Source: Rhynchobatus australiae
Lineage: Eukaryota
NCBI GenBank assembly: GCA_034780895.1
Contig: JAUZTB010000027.1
Location: forward strand, 12,059,641 to 12,123,629
DNA length: 63,989 nucleotides
Reading direction: 5' to 3'
The notes under the pieces were generated by a model that was given only the letters and a program-made list of their open reading frames with translations, had not been told where the DNA came from and searched no databases. Positions 36,601-49,345 of the stretch are shown piece after piece. Each line of letters starts with the position of its first letter. Within the stretch, counting starts at the first letter, position 1. The position numbers were made by a program, and so were the translations under genes.

Positions 36601-39259
36601 CCTTGATTTTTATTGTCATCATTCCCCATGGCACCGTTACCAGAAACCCATATACCTATGATCACCATGCTAATCCCATCCCATTCTTTCCCCAAGCCTC
36701 CTTTTGCTTTATTTCAGTTGTCAGCATTTTGACTTAATTGCTAGCTGTAACCTTACTTCATGCTGGTGCTTTATTTTTGCATATCAACAAATTAGTTGCA
36801 ACAAAGTTTTTGTAATTATGATGTTTAGTAAATTGCAATTATTTTTAAATCTGATGCTTTGTGCAGCCCTTATGAAGAAGTAATGATTGAAGTGGTGAAA
36901 AGTGGTTGATCCATTTGTCAAATCACTTTTCATGGAGGTCATTTTTATCCTGAGCATACAATGAGATGTGTATTTTGATATTTCTGTGATTAAAAGCTCT
37001 AATAGAAGTGAATAGCAAGTCACAGAAGTGTCCAAAGGAACTTCTTGTGGTTTAGTATGATGAACCTTTCATTTGAAAAGATAAGCAGAGAGTAAAAAGC
37101 TGTAACAAATGTCACAATGACTCATCTTTGATCCTACCTTTCCTCATCCACCCACAGAAACAATTGTTCATGGGGATTTTTATTCTAAATCTGCTGCAAA
37201 GTTCATGCATGAAGCCCTCTTGGGTTTATTATAATAGTGCCCCGCCTGCTTCCTTTGCAAAGTCTCAAGCTTCCAGCACATGCCAAAGTCTATACCTTAG
37301 GTAGGTCGATAAAAGTGACTTTTGCCTGGGAGAATCAAGCCTTTCTCAATTCACTGCCTTTCTATTGACATTTGTACATTTTCATAAGCATTTGGAGCTG
37401 AATGACACATACACCTCAAAATTTGTTTCTTCAAAACAAACAAAAGATACCAGGCATTATTAATTACTTCAAGTGGTATCAGAAACTGGATTGAAATTGT
37501 AAGGTAGCTACATTAGTATTAATTCCAAGAGAAGACATTAATTCTATTTATCTGTGCTGATTCAAACCTAACCCCAAAGGGTGAAAGGCACATGAGTCTT
37601 TTTGTAGCATTTAGTTTGCTCGCATGTTTCAGAAGATTTCTGAAAGTGTCAGTGCTAGAAGATGAGATACTTCTTCATTAATCATCTTATGCCAGTTTTA
37701 AGTTCAACAAATTAATTGTGTGTGTCTGGTGCTCAGTGAGCTGTTCCATTTGCTATTCTTCATTCACATATAAACAAGGACAGAAAATGTCCAGTGGTTC
37801 ACTCAGCTCTTCCAACATAGTTGTGATGGTTTGGATATCTCTGTTTACGTTTCAATCAACCCGAAAACCAAATTCATTTCTAGGAGTAATCAACAAAACA
37901 GGAATAACAAAATACTGTTCTGTTACACTTGAATCCCTCCTGTATGTTAAATTTATCTTGGTACATTTTAAAGACATGTTCTTAATTAAAGATCACATAA
38001 AATAGTGTACTCATCATCATCATCTTGGCAAAGTGGCCCTGAAATAAGAACCATGAATATTCTGTCAGTAATCTGATCACTTTAGGATTACTGGAGGTTA
38101 AAGTAGAACATTTCTTTTGCATATCAGAAAATTTGATGCAAGATTCATTAAAAATTCACTTACTTGCTATAAATGTCACAGTACTGGTTATTGTTCATAC
38201 CAAAGTCTGTAATTGTAATCTTTTAATACATTATTAAACTCTTGCATCCCACACAAGTACAGTGTGATAAATGTAGAAATTAAATATGCTCTGTTATTTG
38301 AAACCAATGGGAAACATCTTGCACTATTTAAATTTAATGATAAAAGCATTAAGATAATATGACATGGCCAAAAAGTCACACCATACCACACTGAGTTCCT
38401 CTTGGTACCAATTCAAGATTGTTCTTCAAACTTCAGTACATGTATAAGCAAGTGTCAATAATTAATGAGGATCTCACTTTGTGTGTATAGATAGGATTCA
38501 CCATGTTGATGTTTCATGTCTAGATTCCAAGGTGAGTGCTTGCCTGACTACCAGATAATTGAAGGTAGCTTGTTCTATACAGTAATGTTCTGTTCCCTGC
38601 TAAGTAATTGGATAAGCCAAGATGTTTTTAAATGTAACATAGACAACGATCCATACTTCACACAGGCCATTATCAAGCTGAGCCAGAAGGATAACCCAAA
38701 CTGATTGCACTGTGCAGTATATCATGGAACTAATGTGGGACTACGTGATACTAGAATGTTTTTATTGTGTCAATGTGTACACCATGAGATGGGTCCAGGT
38801 TCATATTTGCTGCTCCTGTTCAGTGACATTTGCTTTTTGATTGTTTATTGATAGGAACAAATCATTTTGGTGCAATGGCCAAGAAGTTTAAAAACAGAAC
38901 AAACAGTTCATTCTGTAATTGATTTCTCCTCTTTTATACCTACCCCCCCCCCCCCCCCCAAAAAAAAAGAATTCTGTTGAATTGACTCTTCTAAAAGTAC
39001 TGCTGCAACTGGTGTGGATGACTTCTCTGGGCAACCTGTTTCAAAAGTTCAGCCCCTTTCTGTTGGACCTGGTTTTCGTTCTCCTGAAATTCATCCCTTG
39101 TTTAGTTTTGCTTGCTGGAAGTAATTTGTAGAATAATATAGCACACAAAGGACATTCAGCCTATTGAATCTGTGTCAATTGCTTGAGGAAAGCCAGAAGG
39201 AAAATGGTCATTGGTGTTGGCTGTTGGTAATAGAACTAATACCAAAGGATATTGGGGGA

Positions 39260-39740
39260 TGTCAGAGGGAGGTTTTTCACCCAGAGAGTGGTGGGTGCAT
39301 GGAATGCGCTGNNNNNNNNNNNNNNNNNNNNNNNNNNNNNNNNNNNNNNNNNNNNNNNNNNNNNNNNNNNNNNNNNNNNNNNNNNNNNNNNNNNNNNNNN
39401 NNNNNNNNNNNTAAAATATTGAGAGGGATAGATAGAGTAGACAGCCAGTGCCTCTTTCCCAGGGCACCAATGCTCAAGACAAGAGGGCGTGGATTTAAAA
39501 TAATGGGGGGGAAGTTCAGGGGAGAGGTCAGAGGGAGGTTTTTCACCCAGAGAGTATGGAATGCGCTGCCTGGGGTGGTAGTGGAGGCAGATACATTGGA
39601 CAGGTTCAAGAGGTTGTTGGATAGGCGTATGGAGGAATGTGGGATAGAGGGATATGCAGGAGGAAAGGGTTAGATGGTGTTTGATGGGCAGCACAACACG
39701 GTGGGCTAAAGGGCCTGTATTGTGCTATATGGTTCTATGG
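39260..39740 (+). mobile_element. CR1-clade LINE 3' fragment spanning a gap
   Basis: KILRGIDRVDSQCLFPR...KTRGRGFKI.G.KFRGEVRGRFFTQRVWNALP ORF2 C-terminus followed by the 3' tail. Confidence 0.85.
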
Positions 39741-40307
39741 TAACTCAGAATCCAGTCCATGGCTTTAATCTTTGATAGGGTATTACAAGGTGATGGAGAT
39801 ACTGTGTGTTGAATATTACTGACATTATCTAGAAAATCATTAAAGATGAAATGGTGTGACACAATATGAGTTGGTCTTTAATCTCACAAATGAAGTTGGT
39901 CTTTATACCAAATACTGTCAGTTAAATGCTGTGAACAGACTTTCTCGAGTTTATACTGTAAAGATAATGAACCAGTATTGTTATTTATCTACCTTACACT
40001 GTTAAAATAAAAACTAACTTGAGGGCTTCTTGTTAATGTTGAATTGAAATTTAGTATAGATGTGATTTACAAAATTCTCCTGACATGGGAAATAGCTTGT
40101 GAATTAGGGGCGAAGAAAACAGTATTGGGATGAAAATCTTTGATTTAGTTAATGTTCTTAAACTGTTGTTTCCATAGATTTTGAAAGCTCCAATCGATTT
40201 GTACTTTACAAACTCCTGAATTTGGCCTATAAATAGATTTTCGGCTTTCTACATTATTCATATCAGAGGGCTTACTTAAAGGGGGATAAGTTATCTAAGA
40301 ATGTGAC

Positions 40308-42150
40308 CATAAGACACAGGAGCAGAATTAAGCTATTCAGCCCATCGAGTCTGCTCCACCATTCGATCATGGCTGATTTATTTTTTCCTTCTCAAGCTCA
40401 TTCTCCTTCCTTCTCCCCATAACCTTTGCCCTTCTGATCAAGAACCTATCAACCTCTGGTTGAAATATACCCAATGACTTGGTCTCCACAGCTGTCTGTA
40501 GCATTGAATTCTACAGATTCACCACCTTCTGGCTAAAGAAATTTCTCCTCATCTCTGTCCTAAAGGGACATCCTTTTATTGTGAGGCTGTGCCTTCTGGT
40601 CGTAGACTCTCCCACTACTGGAAACATCCTCCCAACGTCCACTCTATTTAGGCCTTTCAATATTCTGCACGTTTCAATGACATCCCTTTTACACCCCCCC
40701 CCCNNNNNNNNNNNNNNNNNNNNNNNNNNNNNNNNNNNNNNNNNNNNNNNNNNNNNNNNNNNNNNNNNNNNNNNNNNNNNNNNNNNNNNNNNNNNNNNNN
40801 NNNNNNNNNNNNNNNNNNNNNNNNNNNNNNNNNNNNNNNNNNNNNNNNNNNNNNNNNNNNNNNNNNNNNNNNNNNNNNNNNNNNNNNNNNNNNNNNNNNN
40901 NNNNNNNNNNNNNNNNNNNNNNNNNNNNNNNNNNNNNNNNNNNNNNNNNNNNNNNNNNNNNNNNNNNNNNNNNNNNNNNNNNNNNNNNNNNNNNNNNNNN
41001 NNNNNNNNNNNNNNNNNNNNNNNNNNNNNNNNNNNNNNNNNNNNNNNNNNNNNNNNNNNNNNNNNNNNNNNNNNNNNNNNNNNNNNNNNNNNNNNNNNNN
41101 NNNNNNNNNNNNNNNNNNNNNNNNNNNNNNNNNNNNNNNNNNNNNNNNNNNNNNNNNNNNNNNNNNNNNNNNNNNNNNNNNNNNNNNNNNNNNNNNNNNN
41201 NNNNNNNNNNNNNNNNNNNNNNNNNNNNNNNNNNNNNNNNNNNNNNNNNNNNNNNNNNNNNNNNNNNNNNNNNNNNNNNNNNNNNNNNNNNNNNNNNNNN
41301 NNNNNNNNNNNNNNNNNNNNNNNNNNNNNNNNNNNNNNNNNNNNNNNNNNNNNNNNNNNNNNNNNNNNNNNNNNNNNNNNNNNNNNNNNNNNNNNNNNNN
41401 NNNNNNNNNNNNNNNNNNNNNNNNNNNNNNNNNNNNNNNNNNNNNNNNNNNNNNNNNNNNNNNNNNNNNNNNNNNNNNNNNNNNNNNNNNNNNNNNNNNN
41501 NNNNNNNNNNNNNNNNNNNNNNNNNNNNNNNNNNNNNNNNNNNNNNNNNNNNNNNNNNNNNNNNNNNNNNNNNNNNNNNNNNNNNNNNNNNNNNNNNNNN
41601 NNNNNNNNNNNNNNNNNNNNNNNNNNNNGGCAAGATCTCCCCTTAAGGAAACCAGGATGATTTCAGCCTATTTTATGTGTGCTTCCAAACACCTTGAAGC
41701 CTCATCCTTAATAATGGACTCTAACATCTTAGCAACCACTGAAGTCAGTCTAACTGGCCTATAATTTCCTTTTTTTTTGCATCCCTCTGGAACCATTCAT
41801 GACTCTCCTGATTCTTGAAAGATCACTAATGCCTCCACAATCTCTGTAGCTAGCTCTTTCGAATCCCTGGGGTGTAGTTCATCTGGTCCAGGTAACTTAT
41901 CCACTTTCAGCATCCCAAGCACCACCTCCTTGGTCATAGCAACTACACTCACTTCTGCCCACTGACTCTCTTGAATTTCTGGCACGTTGCTGGTGTCTTC
42001 CACAGTGAATACTGATGCAAAAATAACGATTCAGTTTGTCTGCCATTTCTTTGTTCCCCACTACTTCCTCTCCAGTGTCATTTTTCAGCAGTCCGATGTC
42101 CACTCTTGCCTCTTATGTATCTGAAAAAGCTTTTGGTATCCTCTTTTAGT
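40308..42150 (-). mobile_element. CR1-clade LINE (3' end and ORF2 fragment either side of a ~0.9 kb gap)
   Basis: 3' tail at 40308-40400 (ataagacacaggagcagaattaagctattcagcccatcgagtctgctcc). ORF2 remnants LKVDKLPGPDELHPR..KELATEIVEAL and NKEMADKLNRYF at 41800-42100. Confidence 0.82.
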
Positions 42151-43911
42151 CCCTCTGGGTGGAGGATGACTTGCTTCCCCTCTAGTTTTGTGGGTTGTGA
42201 AGTTGCTAATGAGGCCAATATAGGACCTATAGACTGCCACAGATGGGGCAGGAAGTCCTTGATGGGATAGATATTTTGGAGGTGATGTATTCCTTCTGCT
42301 ATTTACATAGGACTAGTATATAATCCGGATGAATGGACTCTGTTCTCAAAGCCATTCTGAATCTTGCTCTGTTTTGAGTGGTTATGGAGCAGGGATTTGC
42401 ACAAGTTGGTGGGAATATTACATTTATTCAAGGAAGCTTTGTGAATACTCTTTCCTCATCCATTTGGTAATATCTTGCTTTGAAGTTGGGAATATACTTC
42501 ACAAAAAATAAAATTAGTTGTTCCTGATTCCAAGGCACTTTTTTTTAAAAGGGTCTGTAAACAAAAAAGTTGAGCACCTCATGACAGTGGATGTGAAATG
42601 GCAGCATTTAGTACACAAGAGGTCTTGGGAAGTAAAAGTACTCTCTAGTATATGGAAGGCATGAGTTTGGTTTATAAGAGTAATCAGTGGTAACATGCTT
42701 GCTTGCATGTTTGGAATTGGTATATATAAACTGCCTATGGCAGGAGAGGGCAATGAATGCTTGGAGTAAAGCAACATCTGTAGAGGCAAAGAGATAATCT
42801 GTTTTTGAGTTGAGACCTGAATCAAGATTCCTGCATTTGCAGTCTCTTGTCTCTCCAATGGATGCTTGGTTGGGGTTGTCCTGGAAATATTCAGTAGCAT
42901 GAAGCCCAAGGTATCAAATGCTTGCTGAACAAATCTATCCTTCTGTTGCCATTNNNNNNNNNNCATCTTGTTGCATGTTGTACCAGAATGGAGGAAGGCA
43001 ATCAAGAGTTGGGCAGGAGGTAGGGAATGATGATAGGGGGTTCAGGGAAAGGATCAGCTGCCTGGCTATTGTGGGCAGGTAGTGGCGGTAGGGTTGGTAG
43101 TTGTGAAGGACTGACTTTGTTAAAGGTATGAAGAGTAGTCAGGAGGGATTCGATTGCTAATTCAGGGTTGCAGTTTACTGACCAGGGAGTGTAATAATTG
43201 GTTGAGGAGGTTGGGTGGTGCCATCGCTGGTCAGCTGATAATTAAGTGGTGGTGGTCAGGTGAATGTAGTGAGTTTGGAAGGGAGGAGGGCAGTCAGCAC
43301 CAGGAAGCCCCAAAGGAGATTGGTTTCTGCATGTGGTCATGTGTACTTCATTGAAAATTGTTTGCATGTTGTTGGATGTTACTGCATACATGTGGAGACA
43401 TTGTCCTTTCGCAGGTCAGGCACTGGGAGGAATATCATGGAATTCGTCCTCCTTGCCCTACACTTTTTCAGTTCTGTTTCTATTCCCATGAACACACAAT
43501 GGTACTCAAAAACTTGGCACTGCCCTGTCCAATTTCTCAGTTATACTGTTACGAACCAGCAACAAAAGAAACANNNNNNNNNNNNNNNNNNNNNNNNNNN
43601 NNNNNNNNNNNNNNNNNNNNNNNNNNNNNNNNNNNNNNNNNNNNNNNNNNNNNNNNNNNNNNNNNNNNNNNNNNNNNNNNNNNNNNNNNNNNNNNNNNNG
43701 CAGTAGGTACAACCCCTTTCCTTTGCTTCACAAGGGCACATCTCCTTCAGTGGAGGCACAGAAGATAGCAGATGCCGGAATCTTTAGTAACAATCTGCTT
43801 GAGGAACTCAGCAAGTTGAGCAGCATCTGGGGGATTGGAGGAGGAATTGTCAACATTTCCAGTTGACAATTCCTTCTGTCCTTTTCCCCCCACCCCCACA
43901 GATGCTGCTTG

Positions 43912-44041
43912 CCAGAGGCAACAGTTGGATCAGAAAGCTTTAGAGGGAAATGGGCAAATGGGATGAGCTTGGATAGGCTCCTTGGTTGGCATAGATCAGT
44001 TGGGCTGAAGGGCCTGCTTCTGTCCTGTATAACTGTGATCT
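43912..44041 (+). mobile_element. 130-bp CR1-type 3' fragment with a 10-bp target-site duplication
   Basis: ATGCTGCTTG at 43902-43911 and 44042-44051 flanks a CR1 tail (gttgggctgaagggcctgcttctgtcctgtataac). Confidence 0.75.
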
Positions 44042-45839
44042 ATGCTGCTTGACCCTCTGAGTTCTTGTAACAGATGGTTGCTGTATGTTGTTTAGTTCCT
44101 GTCAAGGAACCTCTTAAAGAGGAGCATGAACAGCTCCAAAAATTTAAATACATGCAATATAAAATGTAATTAATTAGATACAAGATGTGAACAGGAATTA
44201 AGGAAAATAAGCAGATGCTGCCAACCTGAGTTTTTCCTGGTCAAACAGCATCTGCATAAAGCATTTATCTGAAATAAAATCGTAAAGCACTTTGCAGATG
44301 CTGGAGATCTGAAATAGTTTTTTTTTGGGGGGGGGGTAATTTTCATGTACAAAAGAGATTGGTGGTGAAGATGAAAAGAACACTTCTGGCAGTATTCCAG
44401 GAGAGGCTGCTTGCAGAAACTGCATGAGTTGCTGTAGCAATTTCTGACTGAAACTCTTAATGTTATTGCTTAATTCACCACACTATCCTTGGGATACAGG
44501 ACTAACTCTAACTCGCATGATAATCGTTTTTTAAATAATTTAAGTAAAATGATAAGTCTGAAAATAGAGAGATGTGGGGTTTATTTACCTTCCTGCCACA
44601 CATGATATCTATTTAATAACAGTATTTTGTAGTGTATGTATTTAAACTTTTTTAATACAGTTTGTCACTTTGAGTTCATTGGTATATTATACTCGTGCAC
44701 CTCTCTTGGANNNNNNNNNNNNNNNNNNNNNNNNNNNNNNNNNNNNNNNNNNNNNNNNNNNNNNNNNNNNNNNNNNNNNNNNNNNNNNNNNNNNNNNNNN
44801 NNNNNNNNNNCTTGGAGGTTCCTTGGCAGGAACTGAACAAAATCTGTTCAGGGAAATCGATTACACAAGGTTCACTGAAACGATGGTTGTACTGCTGTGC
44901 CAATTGGGCACAAGTTCAGGTCTCCATGGAAGTACCAGATATCAGGATGCCTGCCGACTCCATCCATCACTTTTTCCTCCAGCTACATGTGAACGAACAG
45001 AGAGGCTCCTCTCAGTGATACAAAATAGAATGTGCTATTTGTCCAACTGACTCCAGGTATTTTCCAGCAGGGTTCTCTACGTCTCTTTAATGGCATCACC
45101 AACTGATACACTCAGAATCCCAGAGAGCTCGTATTGTAGTCAAGTCGAGTTTATTGTCATCTGCACAAGTACTGTGAGGTGCAGTACAATGAAAAACTTG
45201 CAGCAGTTTCACAGGCACGTAGGTACAGACAACACATAACTTATAAAAATTACAGTGGGGGAATACACAACCCAAAAGCAGGACGTTAATGCAAAAAAAA
45301 TACAACTGAAGACGAGTCCAGTCAAGGGAAGAGTGAAGCAATAGTAGACAAATGGCCAACGTGGGGAAGAATAACGTATGAAACCTTTCATTAAACGGGG
45401 GCTCCAACCCAAGGAGATGTGTACAATCTCTATATTCCGTGTGCTGGGACACCCCCCCGCCCGCTCCCCCCGCCCATAAATAATAGTTGATGAGGTGAGA
45501 TGAGACACTTATTTCAGTATTTATTGTTTCTCACAAGTGGCAATTTAAAAAGGGGAGCTCAATCCCAATAAGCGTCATCAATTTGAATACTATTTTCTTA
45601 TTAATATTTTTAATGTATTAGATGAACAAAAGAGGGAAACTGTTGGAAACGGTAAATATTGAAAATTATCATAAAAGGGAATGATGATTATTAATTTTGG
45701 TCAGGAACTAAAAATTGCTTCGGTTGTAGAGATTGATGGCTGAGAGGTACGACAAAATGTTTTCCAACTGAAATTTATACTGCCGTAACCAATATCTATG
45801 AATTCGATCTAACCAGTTCGCAGATCTGTGAGGTGATGT

Positions 45840-46275
45840 TGTGTCTCAGTGAGTGACACACTTGCTTCTCGTCAGAAGGTTGTGGGTTCAAATGCAACAC
45901 TGAAGATAGTGGCGTGAATATTGAGACTGACACTCGGTGTAGTACTGCAATGTCAGAGGGCTAGCTTTTAGATAAGAGGTTAAACTGCGGTTCCAACTGT
46001 TCTTTCAGATTGATTATTTTAAACATCCTGTGCTACCAGCTTGGAGAAGAGCAGAAAGCCTTTTCCTGGTGTTCTTGGCTCAATCAACATTATTGAAACA
46101 CAGGATCTGGCGGTTATCATTTCGCAGATTTGTGGTGTTGCTTGTACACAAACTGCCTGCCTCCTTTACAAGTGTCCATTCTTTCAAAAAAGGCTTAAGT
46201 ATCGACACCATTACAACGTGCCTCTATTGACAACAGAAGAGTCTGGAGTGTAGTGAAAATCTCGCTTTACAATAA
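45840..46275 (+). mobile_element. SacSINE1/DeuSINE-like SINE
   Basis: ctcagtgagtgacacacttgcttctcgtcagaaggttgtgggttcaaat (A/B-box-like) followed by the same core as 25005-25410. Confidence 0.62.
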
Positions 46276-46599
46276 AAGCAGCACACTGCCATTTACACTT
46301 GCAGGGTGAGAAAACTACCAGGACACCAAGCGCTCTTAAATTTAAAAACCTGAACTGAAACCTCCGCAGGCGATTCAAACCGGTGTTTGTATTTTTAAAC
46401 TCGACTGAAATTACAATTCCACCTGTTTGCAAATTAATTATTGAGGGGAAAAAAATTGTAACTCACAAAATGTGATACTTATTTCATGCCATGACATTAA
46501 AATAACGATGGGTGGTCAGTGTCACATTGCTCTTTATGGGATCTTGCTGCGACCTAAAAGATTTTTTTCTCGTTATCACAGCACCGCCAATGATGTTTT

Positions 46600-47060
46600 G
46601 GGCATCTAAATGGCGAAGTGTATACATACAAATCTATTTTCGTCCATTACAATTCATCTTTGCAGTGGGTCAGATGCTACTACACAAGTCGTGAATGCAT
46701 CCGCTGTGCGTTTGTCATTGGTTCCTCTGAAACTGACTACGTCAGGAAACGTCGAGAGGTGAGCAAAGATTGAGAGACATGTGTGTGTGCGCGTATGTAG
46801 CGGTCCCTCTCCCCTCTGCCACGCACTGCCTGCGAACGTGACTTCACTCACGATCCCACCGGGCGGCGCAGTCCTGGCGGCGGGTTAACACAAACCAAAG
46901 GTTGTGGCACGGCTTGATCCGAAATAAGCCCAGTCCTAAAAGATCAGATAAACGCAATCTCCACTGCTGCCAATAAAAAAATTACCAGGTCACGGCGATA
47001 AATGAAAATCGTGATGTTAACCTGGATTTCACACACCAGTGGAAATTGCCTCGCGCGTAG
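46600..47060 (+). promoter_or_regulatory. Small CpG-rich patch, candidate promoter / first exon or enhancer of the PPP1R3-like gene
   Basis: Local CpG excess with ATTGG (reverse CCAAT), a CRE-like ACGTCA, ACGTG, GC-box-like GGGCGG and a donor-like GAG|GTGAGC at 46758/46759, 2.5 kb upstream of the CDS. Confidence 0.4.
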
Positions 47061-49345
47061 ACAAGTTAACCCAACTCGTCTTTTAAATCTATAAGTGTAC
47101 TCCCCATCCACTGCAGCGCTCATGGATTATTAAATCCCAGGATGCAAGTTACTCTCAAGGAGTCCTTGAATCAAAAGCAAATAAAAGCATAACATTCTCC
47201 AGATACTCGGAGGGTAGGCAGCATCTGCGTTTCAGGTAGATCAGAATTGGGGACTGAGAAAAGTTGGAGATGATCCCTTTTTTCTGCCATTTAAAACTTG
47301 CTTTATGGATGGAGATAGATAAAGGGAAGATACCTGACGGGATGCAGATCAAGAGAGAGTGAGTGAAACATGGAGGTGGCGCTGCTGAAAGTAGATGGTC
47401 CAGATAAACCTCGGTGAACAACAGACGCTACGTTTGGATAAGAGACGAATTGAATCTGAAATATCGGGGGTGGGAGAAAGCTGAACACTGAAAATGTGAG
47501 ATACAAGGCTAAAATGGCTTCGACATTGACAATGAAGTTGACACGTTCAGCTAACCAGTTCACGTATGTGGATGGGTTGGTCACACTTCCAGTCAGCAGG
47601 TCATGGGGTGAACTCCCACACCAAAGACATTGGCATGAAGATTGAGACTAAGGGAGTACTGAACTGTCAGAGGTCTGGCTTTTAGATAGAGCGTTAGTTT
47701 AACATAATTGGGTCTGGACGTCTGTATTGTTACAGGTCGACAGGCGAGGTGTTCTTTCAGCTTGCAATGCTGTGTAGAAGGTCGAATGCAGAGAGAGGGT
47801 CAGGGTTAAGGTGCTTGCAAACGTGCAAACTAGCAGCAGGAATAGGCCTTTTGACTCATCAATCCTATTCCACATTTAATAAGATCATGTTTGATCTGAT
47901 TTTAACCTCAACTGTGTTCCAATAACCCACAATAACCTTTTACCCTTGTTTATCAAGAATCTATCTAAAAAAACATTTAAAGGTTGCTTCTAGCAATATT
48001 GTTCCAAAGACTCCTGACGTTCTGAGAGAAATAAATTGCCTCTATCTTAAATGAATAACTTATTCTTAACCTTAAATTTGCAACCACACAAAAAGCGCTG
48101 GAGGAACTCAGCAGGTCGGGCAGCATCTATGGAGGGAAATAGACGGTCAACATTTTGGGTCGAGACCCTTAAGCTCGACTGCAAGCAAATGGGACCAGCT
48201 CAGATAGACACGTTGGTCAACCTGGACGAGTTGGGCCGATGGGCCTGTAGCCGTGCTGCATAACACTGACTCAATAAATAACATTGCGAAGTTTCCTAGT
48301 TATGTGCTGCACCTGCATGCTAACCTTCTGGGAATTCTGCCCCAGGACACCCAGGTCCCTCCGCATCTCAGAGCTCTGCAATCTTTCGCCATTTAGACAG
48401 CATGCTCTGTTTTTATTTATTTTTTCCTACCAAAATGGACATTTAACATTTTCTCATACTCAATTTGCCAGATCCTTACCCACTCACTTAACCTCTCCAT
48501 ATCCCTTTGCAGTATCCTGTCCTCTTCACAACGTTCTGGAATAAAACATACATGAAATGTAGGAATTACTCGGCGGGTCAGACAGCGTCGGTGCAGGGAG
48601 ATACTGATTTAACACTTTCAGGATCGGGGTTCTGATATAAAGTCATCGCCCTGCAGCATTAACGCTTTCCATACCTCTACCTTTGTGTTTCTACCAACCA
48701 CGATTAACCCTTCCATTTCTAACTTGGCTCTTCCCCCACCCCTCCCCACCGCCCTGAACTCAAACAAGATTCACCCTGCACCCCCAACCACTTCCAATCC
48801 ACCTAGTCCTTCCTACCAGCACTAACCCTACCGCTCCCCAACTCTGCACTGAACTCCATTTGGATTTCGCTTCTCACATCCGAGTTGAAGTGTCGCGTTT
48901 CCAAGCAACTTTCGGTCTTCACACCTGGTCCCTTGATGTGTTTTGCTTAAATGTTGCTGCTAATTTGTGGTCCCAGCCAGAATTAACCGGACTCTGCCTA
49001 ATTTACTGGTTGCTGCGCCGAGTGCTTTAAATTTTAAAGAGGTGCCCGCCCCCTTCTCTTCCTCCCTCCTGTTACACGCCTGGGACTCTTCGTCGATTGG
49101 GGTGTTGCGAAGACTTGATCGTCATCCGCGTCACTGCACTTTGAGCCCAGATCCCTCCGTAGGCTGTTTAATGTATTTCCCCGCCGTTTACATAGGAATA
49201 GGTTCCGCAGTGCTACGGCAGGCACGGAGTTATCCAGGCGGACCACAGAAAAAAAAAATGATGTGGTTTTAGGTTCCCCAGCATAGAGGTCCCGGCCCAT
49301 CGCTTGCAAACCCGGTCCAGCCTTTGCTCGACTCGCCTACCATCC

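Noticed and set aside
34880-38540. Isolated strong splice donors (AAG|GTGAGT at ~34894 and ~38531)
   Set aside because: There is no associated coding frame or convincing exon chain, so they cannot be distinguished from chance without transcript data.
39260-39590. Duplicated ~50-bp CR1 segment either side of a 100-N gap
   Set aside because: Most simply a scaffolding or repeat-collapse artefact within a CR1 copy.
46780-46860. Carbohydrate-response element (ChoRE) upstream of the glycogen-targeting gene
   Set aside because: E-box-like half sites are present, but no pair has the required 5-nt spacing.
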